Source: Octopus sinensis (Eukaryota). Taken from it: DNA of 64,000 nt. A program made the translations under genes and the position numbers. The DNA is taken from contig NC_043002.1 of assembly GCF_006345805.1 (NCBI RefSeq), forward strand, positions 52,080,001 through 52,144,000. Reading direction: 5' to 3'. A model generated the notes under the pieces. That model did not search any database and was not told the origin of the DNA. It was given only the letters and a program-made list of their open reading frames with translations. Below, piece after piece: positions 11,937-26,977 of the stretch (positions within the stretch are counted from its first letter, which is position 1; every line of letters starts with the position of its first letter).

Positions 11937-14900
11937 TAGTTAAACAATCAGAAGCTAGAACTTAGTTAATGATTAGCATTGATAAGAAATACCTTTTAAT
12001 TTAAAGAAGGCAACTATTACTTTACTTCATTCACATTCTCTGCTCCCTCACCTTTACTACTATTACTACTACTACAACATACTTCACCCTTCATTTTATT
12101 GATATAAAGTTCGTCAATCATGTATGAAGTTTATGAACAGAAGAATTAAAGCACACAATGTCTAAATGTTGTGAAAAATTAAAAAAAATTGAACAATATA
12201 TAGTCTATAAAGAGATACCCTGTACAGCTATAAGGTCAATGACTTAGAATTTAGGTAATTTCCATGTATGGATTTCAAATTAAATTGTCCTTCCTTGTTA
12301 TTGAATTGTTAGTCATTGGATGACATCAGTTTGACAGAACTGGTTTTCGAACTATTTTAACTTTCCAATGCATTCTGATGTCGATAATACATGTATATAT
12401 ATATATCTATATATATTGGTTGCAACACACACTGTTCTTTTGTTAACACAAGGAGTTTCCAATACTTTAACACTTGCACCTTGCTTCAACTGAACCTTAT
12501 TGCATATGCATTACTGGGTAAAGTTCCTTAATTTCAAGTTTGACTTTTTTCTTCTACCAAGAAAACAAAATATTTAGTGCATTCATTTTTGAAACTGAAG
12601 TCACTTATTGATATACATAGCCAAACCTTAATGGTTATCATTGATACAAATAGCATTGTAAATAGTCCATTGCAGTTATGTTATCAGTCTAGGAGTTTTT
12701 AATAAATAATCAGTACAGTGAATGACAAGTTAGTGTACAAATCACTGTGTGTTATTTAAACTTGAAAACTAGCTATCATTTTTAGGAAAGTGGAGCGCTG
12801 ATCATTTGGAGCTATCTAATGATATTTATTTAAGATGAAGGATGTTTAGAAAGAATTTAAACTTATCACTAAAGTTTTGTACTTAGGAATTTAGTTATAT
12901 TAAAAACATTTATCATATGTATTTTGTAGCTGTAATTAAAGAAATTCCGTAATGAAGCATTTAGAAAACCTTATACTTACAGCTCATTGTAACAACTCAG
13001 ATTACAGTTTAAGAATTTAGTCAGTCTCATTGTAACAACTCAGAGTTATATTATGATTTAAGAATTTAGTAACAAAAGAAAAAATTGTGTATAGTTTAGA
13101 ATAAATTGAATGATTGAGATTCGCACCAAAGGACAAAAGTATTGGTTACAGTAAAGGCTTTAGATGTTTCATGCGGTTCCAGTTTGAAATGTTGGTAGAA
13201 TTTTTACTTAACTCAAATTTCACAGAAATCTTTAATTATCTTTGCATTATTAGGTTCAGTGAAGGTTGATATTGACCGATAATTTGTTAGTGAGCATTTT
13301 AGAAACTCCTTCTCTACTCTATAACTGGACAAAAATTTGATCAGTCTGATAAAAACGACAAATTGAGTACACCATATGGACAGCTAATATGCAGTCATCA
13401 TCATTGTGGACAAATTTCAACAACACCAACGAAGCTTGTCTTCATTCAAGTTTTCAAACAATATTAAAATTATTTTCTTTTCAACATGCTTCAAATCGAA
13501 AAGTATCCCACTGAGGTGCACCTCACATAATTTTTGCTTGTACCTTCCTTACATTTAAAACCTACAAATTTCAGGGTTATGGCCTGTAACCTATATTATT
13601 TTGTGCCATAAGCTTGTTCATTCACATCCCGCCACGAAGATTTTTTTTTTTTTTAAAGAAATTAACTAAATGTCAATAAAGTGACACTTCTGTGGAGAAA
13701 AACCACCTAAAACTACTGCATGAGGTATGTTGAACTAAATTTTTAATCCTTTGAATGCTGGAAGTTTGCAGATTGAGTCTGTGACACATTTCTCAATTCT
13801 TAGCCTCACGTTGTTCCGTTATAAGATTTACATTATCATAACTTGTTAGTGAGGTCAGTAGAATGCTGACAAGATACTTTACGATGTTTGGTGCTTTGTG
13901 CTTTCAAAATCAAATCCCACTGGTACATCCATCCAGGATCAGTTAGCTTCCTTCTACCAAAGAAAAAAAAACAAAACAAAACAGGAGGTGACCTTGTACT
14001 TAGTTAAAAGAGGAATATATCAAACTTTTACTAAAATGATTAATATTATTTTACTACGCTTCAACAAACAATCTGAAAATTTGAGCTTATCAATTCAGGC
14101 AATCATTTATCATCTTAATTTATTTTTTTACTTGATTTAAAAGTGAATTTTTAGGACATGGGTCAGTTTCTTATCAAAGTTTAAAGATGATTTTACTTAC
14201 TCAAGCAGCGGTTGATATTATATGAAAATTGAATCAGTCTTACATGACAGTGGAAAGGCAGTAGCAGGATACCTGAATTATGAGCTAAATAATTAAAGCA
14301 ATTTATTCTGACCATCTGATGGACCAGTTTAAGTGCATCAACCCCTGTTTGTTACGATTTAAATGGAATACAGTGTTAATAATGCAGCCTATGATTGCTG
14401 TTACAAAGAAGGATTTCTTTCATGGACTAAGATTCTGTTTTTGGAAGTTAGGTGTACTTGGAAAAATAAAGTTGATTCCAACAGTATTTGAGCTGAGAAC
14501 AATGAAGCAGTGAAAAAGATATGAATTTTTATCTTCAATTTTACATTTATTGTTACACTATAATGTGTCTCCATTCAGTGTTGTTGAGTTTGCATCATTG
14601 TATTTGTTTAAAATTCCCCCCGTTTACATTTGATATAATTAATTTAGCAATAGAGTTCATCTCAGTGTGGTCGCCTGAAAGAATCAGTGAAATGAACTTT
14701 TCTTTTTAACCAATTTCAGAAGAGACCACTGTGTTCAAAGTAGCACCAGTTTGTAGTAATATTTGATTCATCAACTTTTAGTGATTGCGCCTTACTACCT
14801 TGACACTATATTTGGATTTTTCTACAACCCATAACTTAACATCAAATAAATTAATGGTACTAAAGCTTATGATGTTAGATATACATATATTGTATTCTGC

Positions 14901-17900
14901 AGGTGAAGCATCAGATAAACACGTTTAATATTTGAAAACCTAAAAGACTTTCATGATAGATATATTTATATATAGAGTTATTCAAAATTTGACTTCCTAT
15001 GTTGTATGATTGAGCTAATTGGATATGTCTTCTGTAACTCCTTTTTATGATTGGATCGTTAATATTTGAAAGATTAATCCTTCAAAGTCCAAAGAAAATA
15101 TTGAAATTTATTAGTTAGGAAAGCTACATGTCTTGAATGCGTTGTATTACTATTACTTTTCATGATAGTTTTCCCATGCTATCACGAGACAAGGTGTCGA
15201 ATTTATACATTTGAGGAATCACAGTGATATCTTTCCTTTTTCTTTACATATAGAAGGATATTGTATCAACAAGCAGTCGCCATGTAATAAGGATGATAAC
15301 ATGTTTTTGCCTTGATAGATTGAGTCAAGAACACAGCACTGTTTCAGGTCTTTATCTTACTTCTTTTTTTTTTTTTTTTACTTTACAGTGTTGTACCTAA
15401 ACTAAGTCTTGTTATTTAGAATATTTCTTCTAACTCAACAGGCATACAATTGCAGTCATAAATCACTGTTGTATTATAATTGCTTATCACCTAGATTAGT
15501 TAAGGATGACTGAGACTAACACAGGAACCACTTCATCATGAAGCTATGCAACATTAATAGTGGCACCTTCTAAAAGTAATATTAGTGAAAAAGCAAAGCA
15601 TTTCTGATTCATTTATGAAAAGCTAAGGTGTTATCTGGATTGAGCTACTGAAGACAGTGAAGCTGAATGTAATGGAAGCAATTTTTATTAAAAAGAATTC
15701 CTATTTAATGATTTAACTATTTAGTAATATCTGCGTAAGCTATGGCTTTATGGATATGAAGCTTGCTTCATAAACTGCATAACCACTTGGTTTTGTGTTG
15801 CACTTCACTGTGTAGCACCCTAGACAAGTGCCTTATACTATAAATCTCAGATCAACTGATGCTTTGTGGGTGGAAATTGGTATGGAAGTCTTATGTGAGT
15901 TGGGTGTGCATCCATGAATGTTGGCGTTTCACAGCTTTCTTTGTTACCACCTGAATGAAGCAATGCCGCAATGTATATTTTCCCTGGTAACACATCTTGC
16001 TCTGCATTTTCAAAGACTAGCAGAATAAAAAAATAAACCCACTTGAAAAAACAGAGATCGGCAACAGCAAAGATATCCAAATGAAATGCTGTAAAAAGTC
16101 TTCGTCGAACCTATTCTAGCATGAAAAAACCAGATATATAAAGTGAACAAACAAAGCTATTTTGGCATTTTACTGTTTGAAATTTAGTTATGATCAGATT
16201 AAGATTAAAATATTAAAAGCAAACTTGCTTTACTCTGTGTTTGAGAGATCACATAAGTAGCTATCAGGTCTAAGATACACACCTATACATTTAGATTATA
16301 CACATTTCTTCTCTTTAATTCGTGTTTCATTTACAAGCTTCCATATCACAAAATCAAATCTAACAGCCATATTCTTTAACTTTGTTAATGGCGACTGATC
16401 AGCTCAATGAACAAAGGCATTTCATCAGTAACCGGCCTGTCTTGTAGTCATTTGCAGTGTATCTATAACTACATTATTCAAAGTGTCCTTTTCTTTTTTA
16501 AGGCTGTGGGGTATGATTTAAGGGAAATTTTCTTTCTATTTCTAGCAGGACAGGTCTACACATAGTTGATGTCTTGCTAACATCAAACTCCTTTTGATGT
16601 TAAAATGCATTTTCCTTCAGTTTTTAAAATCCTTAATTGCTCTGGTAAACTTCATTCAAGCATTGAGGACAGTGTTGGCAATAGAGGAAGAAATAAGTAA
16701 TGAAATTAGAGAGAATTAGTTTTTTAATTAATAGATAATTTATTATTTATCATGTACCTTTCATTGTATTTGCTAAAATTAGTAAGCAGATCTCCCTCAG
16801 ATCCTTTCATCTTAAAAGGAAGTACATTTTGGATGATGTGGTTCTAGATACATATTACCTGATGGTAGTAATTGGGATACATGGTCACAGAACACTTTTA
16901 GTCATAAGTCCACTCAATATGAGTCTCTCTGAGTTTTAACAAATGCAGACAAATTGATTTACTGATAACAATGAAATAGTGATGAAGAATTGCCATTAGT
17001 GGTAACTGAAATTTTAAAATGCCATTTAATCTTTGATTTTGTATAGGCACAAACATTGCCGTGTGGTTGAGGAACTTGCTTCCTAACCATGTGGTGTCAG
17101 GCAGGTATTTTCTCTGCTAGCCCTGTGCTAACCAAAACGTTTTGAGTGGATTTGGTAAATGGAAACTGGAAGAATCATTTTGTGTGTGTGTGTGTGTGCC
17201 ATTTGTCTTTGACATCATGATGGTAAACAAGCATCACTATCATATAAGCAATGCTGATTGTTTATAGTCTTCTGTGAAGACATGTACAGCCACAGGGGAA
17301 TATTACCTTACTTGGAGAAAGGGTAAGGTTGGTGACAGGATGGGTATCTGGTTGGAGACAATCTACCTCAACAAATTCCCCCTGACCCATGCGAGCATGG
17401 GGAAATGGGCATTAAAGCACTGATGAAATAATGATGTACAAGAAAAAACTAATACTTTGGAACAAGATCTAAATGAGTTAAAGAAAAGTGCTACAAATCG
17501 TGAATTGGATTAAGAGTTGGAGAAACCACCTCTAGGGCAACTTGCAAACACAACGGCACATATGTGTGTCTATATACATACATACATACACATACCAGCA
17601 AAAAACAAAAAAAAACAGTATATTGCGTTTATTCAACAAAGTTGGCAATTCACTCTATTGCTACTCCAATTTCTAATATGCAGTCTTTCAGGTAACAAAA
17701 GATCTTTTGTTGCCTAATAGATTGTATATAGTAACAGCCAGTGATAGCTTCAAATAAATGTTTCATTTTACAATAGTATTATTGAAGTCTTTCCTCACAA
17801 TAATGGGTTTAAAAAAAAAAATGGACACACGCAAATTTCATATTTATTTAAAATAAATAAAAAAATACCTTTAGAATGCTGCTGCTTGTTTCAACATCTA

Positions 17901-20900
17901 TCTGGCCGCAAACATGCTAATCATTACAACACATACATTACCTGTAATTAGATTCAATGAGGCACAAATCATGAAGCCAATTTGGCTAAGAACCTCATGT
18001 TAAATTGTGTTCTAAAAGAAAATCGCATTCATATGTTGATAATTAAAAAAACCGAACAGTTTTATTGAACCAGTTTAAATTCACGATTATTTTAGAAGGG
18101 ATAGTTTTTTTTTTAGCTTTGGCGAAATTACATTTTGTTCTGCATACTAAAAGATTTTCCTCATACTTGATGTACCTTATAAGACTTAGCTATTTAGTCA
18201 TGGTTTCATTAGTGTAATAGTAAATATTTTAATAAATCTCACAGAAATGGTGGGTGTTTTTAAAACGCTGAAGGAATTTTTATATATATATATGAAAAAA
18301 GTGAGAGAAAGAAGGCACTAGCATAACTAGTTGAGAAGCTCACTTCCCAACCACATGGTTTCATGTTCGGTCCTATTATATGGCATGAGCAAGTGTCTTC
18401 GACTCTATCCCTTGGTTGACCAAAGCTTCGTGAATGGATTTGGTAGATGGAAACTAGAAGAAAACTTGTGTGTGGGAATATCTATCTATGTCTCTCTAGT
18501 ATATATGTGTGTCTGTCTATCTATCCTTGTCTTGACTTCAGGTGGTAGTTAGTATCACTGGCATATAGGTAGCAGCATTTATTTTCAGTCTTCTGTGAAA
18601 ATGTGTCTAACCAAGGGGAAACAGGTGATGGTTGAAGATGGGAAGAGCATCCTGCTGTAGAAGATTTGCTTCAGTGAATTCCATCTGACTTTATGCTATC
18701 GTGGACATCTTGATATAGTGTGATAATTGTGAATGAATATCAGTCATACAAGTTGTATCATTTGTTTTACAATTGTACATGGGAACATATCTGGTCATGG
18801 GGGAAATATTGCTTTCAGATTTTGGCACAAGGCCAGCAATATTGGAGTAGGGGATAAATCAATTACACATTGACACCAGTGTTCAACTGGTATTTATTTT
18901 ATCAACCTCAAAAGGATTAAAGGCTAAGTCGGCTTTTGTGGAATTTGAACACAACATAAAAACAGATGAAATGCTGCTAAACATTTTGCGTGGTGTGCTA
19001 ATGATTCTGCCAGCTTGCCGCCCTATGTCATACGAGGAAATGTTATCTCGTTTTGAATCTAGTGAGGGTTGTCAACAGGAAGGGCATCAGGCCATAGAAG
19101 AATCTAACTCAGCAAATTTTACCTGATTCATGCAAGTATAGAAATATAGATGTTCAAATGGTATATACAAACACATATACACAAATGTATATATATATAT
19201 ATATACATGACTACAGTAAATGCTTGTTAAACATGAAACTATTCAAAGTGTTGATCTCTGTGGAAGAGGTTGAGCCAGGAAGACATGGGATGAAGTGGTG
19301 AAGCATGATTGTCAAATGCTGCATCTCAGATCGAGACATTCACTGTGCTTGAGAAAACTTGTCATGGCCAGTGCCAGTGACATGTAAAAGGCACCCGTTA
19401 CACTGTGGAGTGGTTGGAGTTAGGAAGGGCACCCAGCTGTAAGCCAAATCAGACCGGAACCTGGTAAAGTTTTCTAGTTTTGGTCAAACTGTCTAATCAA
19501 GGTGTTCTCAACCATTTTTTACCTATGGACTCTTGATACCTATTTTATTTGAGTGGACCCCCTTAACCATTCAATGTTTAAAAAATCCTATTGTATTTTT
19601 ATAATTAAATATTAGGATTCTATAAAAATTGCTTAAATATTTTATGTATTCTGGACATATAACCAATTTATTGTGCTAACTTTACTAATTTGAAGCACAA
19701 TATTTTCCATGGACCCTGAAAAATTACTGTGGACCCTCGATTTACTATATTACATCCATGGACTGCACCAAATCTTATATAGACCCTGGTCTAACCCGAG
19801 CCACCATGGAAAGCGTATTCTAAATGATGATGTGTATGGGTTTTAACTGAGTCTTTGATTAAGGTAACACTTGGTATATCACTAACATTATAGTGAGGTG
19901 TAACTTAACATTGCATATTGTTTTCTACTCTAGGCACAAGGTCTGAAATTTTTGAGGAGGGGGCCCAGTCGATTAGATCAACCATAGTACACAACTGGTA
20001 CCTAATTTGTTGACCTTGGCGGAATTTGAAGACAGACGAAATACCACAAAGCATTTTGCCCAGTGTGCTAATGTTTCTGCCAGCTTGCTGCCTTAACATT
20101 CTTTTCTACTCTAGGAACAAAGCCTGAAATTTTTTTTTGGGGGCCGGGGCAGCTGATTGGATTGATCTCAGTACATGACTGGTACTTAATTTATTGACCC
20201 TGAAAGGATGAAAGGCAAAGTCAACCTTGGCGGAATTTGAACTCAGAGTGTAAAGACAGGTGAAATACTACAAAGCATTATTTTGCCAGCTTGCTGCCTT
20301 CTTAACTTTGTATATTGACAAAACAATGGTTTTGACTTGCCATCTTAAACCTAAATGGTAACAATACTTTAAAACGATTGAACGGTTTTTGTCATGTTAC
20401 AAGTTAAATACATATATCATTGAAGAAAGAAATGGTTTCTCTTTATTTGAAACTCAGATGGGGTTGTGTTTACACTTAGCTTACTTTGACAAATTGATAA
20501 GTTATTGGATGGACAAAATACATCTGATCAATGATTATTTTACTATACTATTGATGTGTTAAAAACTAGAAGAGAAATCAAGAAGCTCAATGAACCAGAA
20601 CTTTCAAGGATATGTGAACCAGACCATGCAACAGTTTTTGCTACCTAACTATACACTGCACTTGATCAGTGACTATACAAGAATATAAGTTATTGATTGT
20701 TTATTTAATCAGTTAACATTGCAAAGATTAATCTGTTTCTTTCATGCAGTTCACCATGGTTACTCATCAGCAGCTGTAAACTTGACAAGTTCTCTTAATT
20801 TACAGTTATTTTATTCAGCCAGAGTCAAGTAAAAGTCCACACTCCGAATTCTTAAAAAGTTTACCCATAGAAATAACTTAAAATGGTGGTTCCAGATTTT

Positions 20901-23900
20901 GCTTTATTTTATTTTATCTTTTGTTAGCTTTAAAGCCATGCCATTTATTCTGTAAAGAACTTTGTTCAGAATGTCAGTTTGCAAGGATACAGTAATGTTC
21001 TGCTCTCAACCACTGACCTGTTCTCCCATTGTAGTGCGTTTGGGTCTAAGTGTATTTATATTTCTAGATGTAAGCAAGTTGTGCAGAGGCAGATGTGTAA
21101 TTTAGTTATTGAATTTATTTTCCTCTGTTCCTTATGTTTGACTTCGGAACAATGTACATTTCTGTACAAAATTGCAAACAGTTGATATTTTAAATCTAAA
21201 TCTTTTTTAACTTAGATAAATATCTTAAATTGTGCAAACTACACTATTTTGAGAGGATGTTATTTACTGAAACAGAATCTGCATAAAGTTTTTATTTATC
21301 TATCTTAAACTTGGTTTTAAAGACAAAAAGTAATAAGTCAAGGTAAAGTTTAAATAATTTGAAGGAAAATAATGTTTTGCAAAATTTATTTGTGGTTTAT
21401 TAGATATTAGTTACAGAAAGAATACTAGTATGGATGTAAGATGAAAATTTTACATCTTAAATCTTAAAAGTTCTTTTGATGGCAAGAAATTATTCTAGGT
21501 AGTAGCAGAAGCATTGATTAGCCTCAGATGATGGAATGATAAAAAAACTCAGTATTGCAGAAGTATCAAAACTTGAATCATGAGAAGCAGCAATAAAGTC
21601 TTACAGAAGCATTTTACTTTTTATAGTGGGGTTACACACACACAAATACCTATTGTACAGTTGGTGCTAAGAATGGCATTCAATTGAAGATGCATTTATG
21701 TAAACCTCTATTCTAAACCTATTGCAGCTTAACTCTTCATATAGCAACTGCTACAGTCATCTTTCTCATAACATGGTATTAGTCAATGGATTTATTCAGT
21801 TTCTACATTGGTCCTATTTCCTTTGATGTTCAGCCTATGACACATTTTCATCGTACATTACGTAAACCAAAGGCACATGAGGTGTGGGTCACAGGCAGAG
21901 TAAACAGACATATACAGCAGGTGCATGAAGCAAAAGCTCACAAATAATAGATTCTGTCAAATTATGAGAAAGTTCTTGAGAAGTTAATAGCTTTTACTAC
22001 TTAACTGATCAGCAGTTGTGGCTGTAGGACAGGTCGTTAATGTACAGGAAGCTGTTACCTCTGTTTTGTTAGAAATAACTTCTCACTCAGTGACGGACAG
22101 GTTGTACATAGATGATTTGCTGAATATTTTGTAACAGCTGGAAAGAAATGAAGTAAGTGTGTTCCAGTGATTGTATAATGTTAGTGTGAATGAGTAACAG
22201 TACAAATAAGTTGAGAGACAACCTGGATGTCGTGAAATGTGCTCAAAAGAGAAGACTGCACTGATATGGGTAAGTGATTTGTAAGATGGATGCAGCTGTG
22301 CACAGAAGTACTCTGTGAATGGAACTTGTGGAAGAAGGCGACGGAAAAGCAAATCAGTGAAGACTGACCTCAAGATGTTGCAGCTTATGGAAGTGACAAA
22401 AGAACCAGGTTGATAGAAGACTTGAACACCTGAGTAAGCATGGTGAATTGAATATTGAAAATTGTGTAAGTGATGAAGACATGCATAAGTATTATCAATA
22501 GTGTGAAGGCACATGACTCAGTGGTTAGAGCATTGGGCTCAATCATGAGGTAGTGAGTTCAATTCCTGCACCAGATGGTGTGTTGTGTTCTTGAGCAAGA
22601 CATTTTATTTTATGTTGCTCCAGTTCATTCAGCAGTAGCAGTGGAGGCACAATGGTTAGGGCAGCGAACTTGTGGTTTCAATTCCCAGACCGGGTGTTGT
22701 GTGTGTTTATTGAACGAAAACACATAAAAGCTCCACAAGGTTCTGGCAGGGGGTGGTAGCGACTCCTGTTGTACTCTTTCGCCCCAACTTTCTCTCACTG
22801 TTTCTTGTCCCCGACTTCCTATGCAACCGCTGAGCCTGGATGCACATTCATCCATCCGTCAATGCTCTCGGTGTTGGGGGTTGACCTGCTTTCTCTTCTG
22901 CGGGTCTTACGAATAGCAAAGGACCACGTTTCAGACTTCTCCAGGACGAAGACTTCTTTGCTCAACAAACAAACAAACAAGCAGCAGAAATGAGTTCTGA
23001 CATCACTTGCCTTTCCCTTGGATAACAGCAATGGCATGGAGATGGAAGACTGGTATGCATGGGTGACTGCTGGTTTTCCTTGCACAACTTTTGCCTCGGA
23101 GGGGAATTTTCTAGAGGCAATCCCATGATCAAACATGACTGAAGGGGGTCTTTACCCTTATCTATCGTCAAGTTTATAACTACTGCTTTCCTTGTATCTT
23201 CGACACCCTCTCATCTCCCTGTCACTGCTTTCCATGTCTCATATCTATTAATTGCGCTTTTCATACAACAATGAATGGTATGAGACCTAGGTCTGTAACG
23301 AATTCTAGGATTTGTCTGGTCAGGGCTTAACTGGTTTTCATAACCTGTACATGACTGATAATAGCAAGATTCCCCTCTGAATGGGATGCCAATCCATCAC
23401 AGAGTAAACTCCCAGCTATTGCTAGAATTCATTTACAGCTGAGTGGACTGGGGCAATGGGAAATAGAAAGAAATCAAAGTGTTTTGCTTAAGAATGCTGT
23501 GCACCAACTTGTTTGGAAATTGAAACCATGATTATATGATTGTGAGTGCAACACTGTAACCACTAGGCCACAAGTCTTCATAGTATGAAACTTTCCTATT
23601 TTCAATCTCCTCATTCAATACATCTCAACCTTCATCCTTTCTCTACTCCCAGTCATCATTTTACCCTCAGGTCATTTACTGTCCTCTATCTCCCTTATCA
23701 TTGTATTCCTCTATTATTATCTACCACTTTCTCACCTTCACCCTACTCATTTCTGTTTCTATCATCATACTTTTGCTCCTTTCACCCATCTATCCTCATT
23801 CTTTTCTCATATTCATCTTTATCTCACTGATTTGAGCAGTAGTACATGTTTTAGAATAGTGAATATCCTTTATTCTTACAGTGTGCAAGGCAATCCCTCA

Positions 23901-24705
23901 TGCCACTTGTACACCATGAAGTGGTCAGTGAATGAGCAGATGAAGTGTAGAATTGAGAGGCCTTAACCATTTAGCATTTAAACTGGCCAGATCTGGCCTC
24001 TCACACCTGTCCTGCAATATCGTTCAAAGATAAACAGATACATCATTGAAAATTCAAAGCTGTGAGATAATGCATAATCAATTCAAAACAATGTGAATAA
24101 ATAAACAATACATTTGACAATAATCTGAATGCTAAAGGGTTAAATGTCTTGTTGAGAACATGGCAACATGACATATTTCTAGTGCTGGTTCCACAATGCA
24201 TTCTGTAATGCAGATGGTGATAAGAAGGGTACCCAACTGTAGAAACCAAACCAAAAATGTATCAGTGGGGCAGTGGCCCTTGATAACAACTCCAAGCATG
24301 ACAGCCTGTCCATCCTGCTCTCAAATCAAGGAAAGTGGATGTAAAATGATGATGACACCTCATTTTCACTAGAAAATTTTTTTTTGACTATTCAGATCAG
24401 ATCATTATCGTCATCATCGCCATCATCATCATTTAACGTCTGTTGTCCATGGTGACATGGGTTGGACAGTTTGACCAGAGGTGGTGGGCTGGGTAGCTGC
24501 ACCAGATTCCAGGCTGACTTAGCATGGTTTCTACAGCTGGATGCCCTTTCTAATGCCAACCACTGAGTGTACTTGGTGCTTTTACATGACACCATGCTGG
24601 CAGTGCACCAGTGGTTTCTAAATTTGTTTTATTCAATGTTCCTATGAAAGTAAATATTTTGCAACTCTGTGCATAAAATCAAAATTTGCATCAGAAAAGT
24701 TAATA

Positions 24706-25271
24706 TTGGGTTGCCCAGAAAATTCGTGCTGATTTTTAAAGGAAAGAAAAAGGTCAATAAATACTTGCCATTACATTTTTAATCAACCAAATATGAACCA
24801 TTTTGTTGCACAATGTGTTTCCATCTTTCCTTTAACTTGAAAATACCCTCTTCCCAGAATTGAGGTGGTTTTATGGCAAAGAATTCATCAAGGTATCTTT
24901 TTATGTCATCCAAGGAATTGAAATTTTTACCATTAAGACTATTCTGCAGAGACCTGAATAAGTGGAAATCCGAAGGAGTAATATCTGGTAAATATGGAGG
25001 ATGGGGTAACACATCCCAGCCGAGCTGCAGTAATTTTTGTCTGGTTCCCAAAACATCAAGTGCCAAAAATGAACTTTCTTATCTTCCATTTTAAAGGGCT
25101 ACAGAATTAACACAGGTTATAAGAACATAAACCTTCTTCCATGAAAAGATAGCTTAAACTGTGCTCTAAATGGAGGTGTAGTCAAATCCTATTTTATGGA
25201 GTCAACCATGTCCTAAAATAAGTCGAAAGGTAAGCTACTATAAATTGGCACAAACTTTCTGGACAACCCAA
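24706..25271 (-). mobile_element. Internally deleted mariner element, mellifera-like
   Basis: TA|TTGGGTTG...CAACCCAA|TA termini. Minus strand joins N-terminal MEDKKVHFWH to C-terminal QKLLQLGWDVLPHPPYLPDITPSDFHLFRSLQNSLNGKNF...EGIFKLKERW...NGSYLVD (YSPDLAPSD-like motif). Confidence 0.9.
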
Positions 25272-25397
25272 TATTTTGCCTAAAATATAGATTATTTAAA
25301 CTATCCAAGACTTATCAGGTAGCTATCTGAAGAGCAAAGAATACTTTACTACACTACTCTCTGTTTCTCACTCTCCTTCTTTCTCATATACACAATA

Positions 25398-25794
25398 GGC
25401 GCAGGAGTGGCTGTGTGGTAAGTAGCTTGCTTACCAACCACATGGTTCTGGGTTCAGTCCCACTGTGTGGCACCTTGGGAAAGTGTCTTCTACTAGAGCC
25501 TTGGGCCGACCAAAGCCTTGTGAGTGGATTTGATAGATGGAAACTGAAAGAAGCCCGTTGTAGGTATATATATATATGTATGTGTGTGTATATGTTTGTG
25601 TGTCTGTGTTTGTCCTCCCAACATGGCTTGACAAATGATGCTTGTGTGTTTATGTCCCTGTTACTTAGCAGTTCGGCAAAAGAGACCGATAGAATAAGTA
25701 CTAGGTTTACAAAGAATAAGTCCTGGGGTCAATTTGCTTGACTAAAGGTGGTGTTCCAGCATGACTGCAGACAAATGACTGAAACAAGTAAAAG
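25398..25794 (+). mobile_element. tRNA-headed SINE, family A (CORE-like central segment with an internal (TA/TG)n microsatellite)
   Basis: Head GGCGCAGGAGTGGCTGTGTGGTAAG, B-box-like GGTTCAGTCCC, GCACCTTGGG..AAGT core, tail CCAGCATGNCTGCAG...TGACTGAAACAAGTAAAAG. Many copies or fragments: ~1775-1925, 4142-4300, 17045-17200, 18313-18500, 29236-29605, 36850-37175, 44285-44450, 60570-61110, 62830-63035. Confidence 0.85.
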
Positions 25795-25800
25795 TGTATA

Positions 25801-26703
25801 ATAATAATAATGAAATTATTGTATACAGTGCTCAGGTGCACCACAACTTGTCAGAAAGTGCATATAAAGTACATGCAGTAATGTAGAAATGTCTGGAAAG
25901 CGAACAATGTATGAGTCAGATACATGCTTGTGTGTGTATGGAGGGGAGAAAATCAAGTGTAGTGTTCGCAAATCTCAGGAAGCATGGAAGTTTTGAAGGA
26001 TGCAGTGTTCCAACAACTAACAACTGATGCCGGCAGTTTGTTCCATGCTTCAGCAACTCTCAGCATGAAAAAATGTTTCCTGATGTCATGGGAGCTGTGC
26101 TGTTTTCTTACTTTGTAAATATGTCCACGGGTGTTAGATGGGTGGAGTTTGAAAAGGTGCTCAGAGTTATTGTTTGTACGATGGTTGATAATTTTATGGG
26201 TGTCTGCCAAGTCAGTTGCCAGACGTCGAAGTTTCAATGTGTCCATGCCCAGGGAAGTAAGGCATTCAGGATATGGCAAATGCCTGATGGAGGGTATTCT
26301 TTTGGTTGCACGTCGCTGAACAGCTTCCAGACGATTGATATCCTGGGCAAGATAGGGGTTCCAGGCCGGTGATGCAAATTCAAGGTGAGGTCTTACCATA
26401 GCTATATAAAGCTGCAGATAGATAGCCGGAGAGTGGCTCACAAAGGATTTGGTGAGTGATGCCAAGACACCCTCAGCCTTCTTGACAATTTTAGCGATGT
26501 GTTTTGTCCAACGCAAATCACTGTCGACAATAACACCCAGGTCATATTCACATGAAGACTTTTTGAGACTAGTGTTGTGGAGGGAGTAGGTGGACGCTAG
26601 GTTTCTCCTCCCAAAATGCATGGTGGTACATTTGTCCACAGCCAGCTTGAATTGCCAGTCCATGATCCACTGCTGCATTGTGTCCAGGTCTGCTTGCAAT
26701 AGA
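25801..26703 (-). mobile_element. 5'-truncated CR1-group LINE (RT C-terminal region plus 3' UTR and (TTA)n tail)
   Basis: ORF 25953..26699: QADLD...W...DKC..MHFGR...DLGVIVDSDL...VRPHLEFASPAWNPY...EAVQRRATK...TRGH.YK...FF..RV..AWNKLP, all typical CR1 ORF2 motifs. Confidence 0.9.
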
Positions 26704-26977
26704 GATCCATATATATATATATGATGGACTCTTCTGTTGAAGAAGATGTATGAGTGTTCAGCTTTTGCTGAGTAACCTTCTTGAATGATTTGTTTATAGT
26801 GATCAAATTACATACTGTACGCTAGCTAACTCCCTCCATCAAATAAACATTGCTTGAACAGGTGCACTGTGTTTTATATGTCAAGTGTCAAAATGATCAC
26901 AAAGACTAACTCTAGGCTGACTATGTGAGTGGATTTGGGAGACAAAAACTGAAAGAAGCCCATTGTATATATATATA

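Noticed and set aside
13341-13405. C/D snoRNA-like pattern on the minus strand (ATGATGA...CTGA, ~65 nt)
   Set aside because: No terminal stem, no rRNA/snRNA guide I could match and no established host intron; the boxes are common by chance in AT-rich DNA.
19497-19790. Possible hAT-like MITE starting CAAGGTGTTCTCAACC
   Set aside because: Only one plausible terminus and no clear 8-bp TSD; too decayed to call.
20455-20690. Possible extra exon with a Q/N-rich short frame (MNQNFQGYVNQTMQQF)
   Set aside because: Short, no in-frame acceptor/donor pair identified and no recognisable homology.
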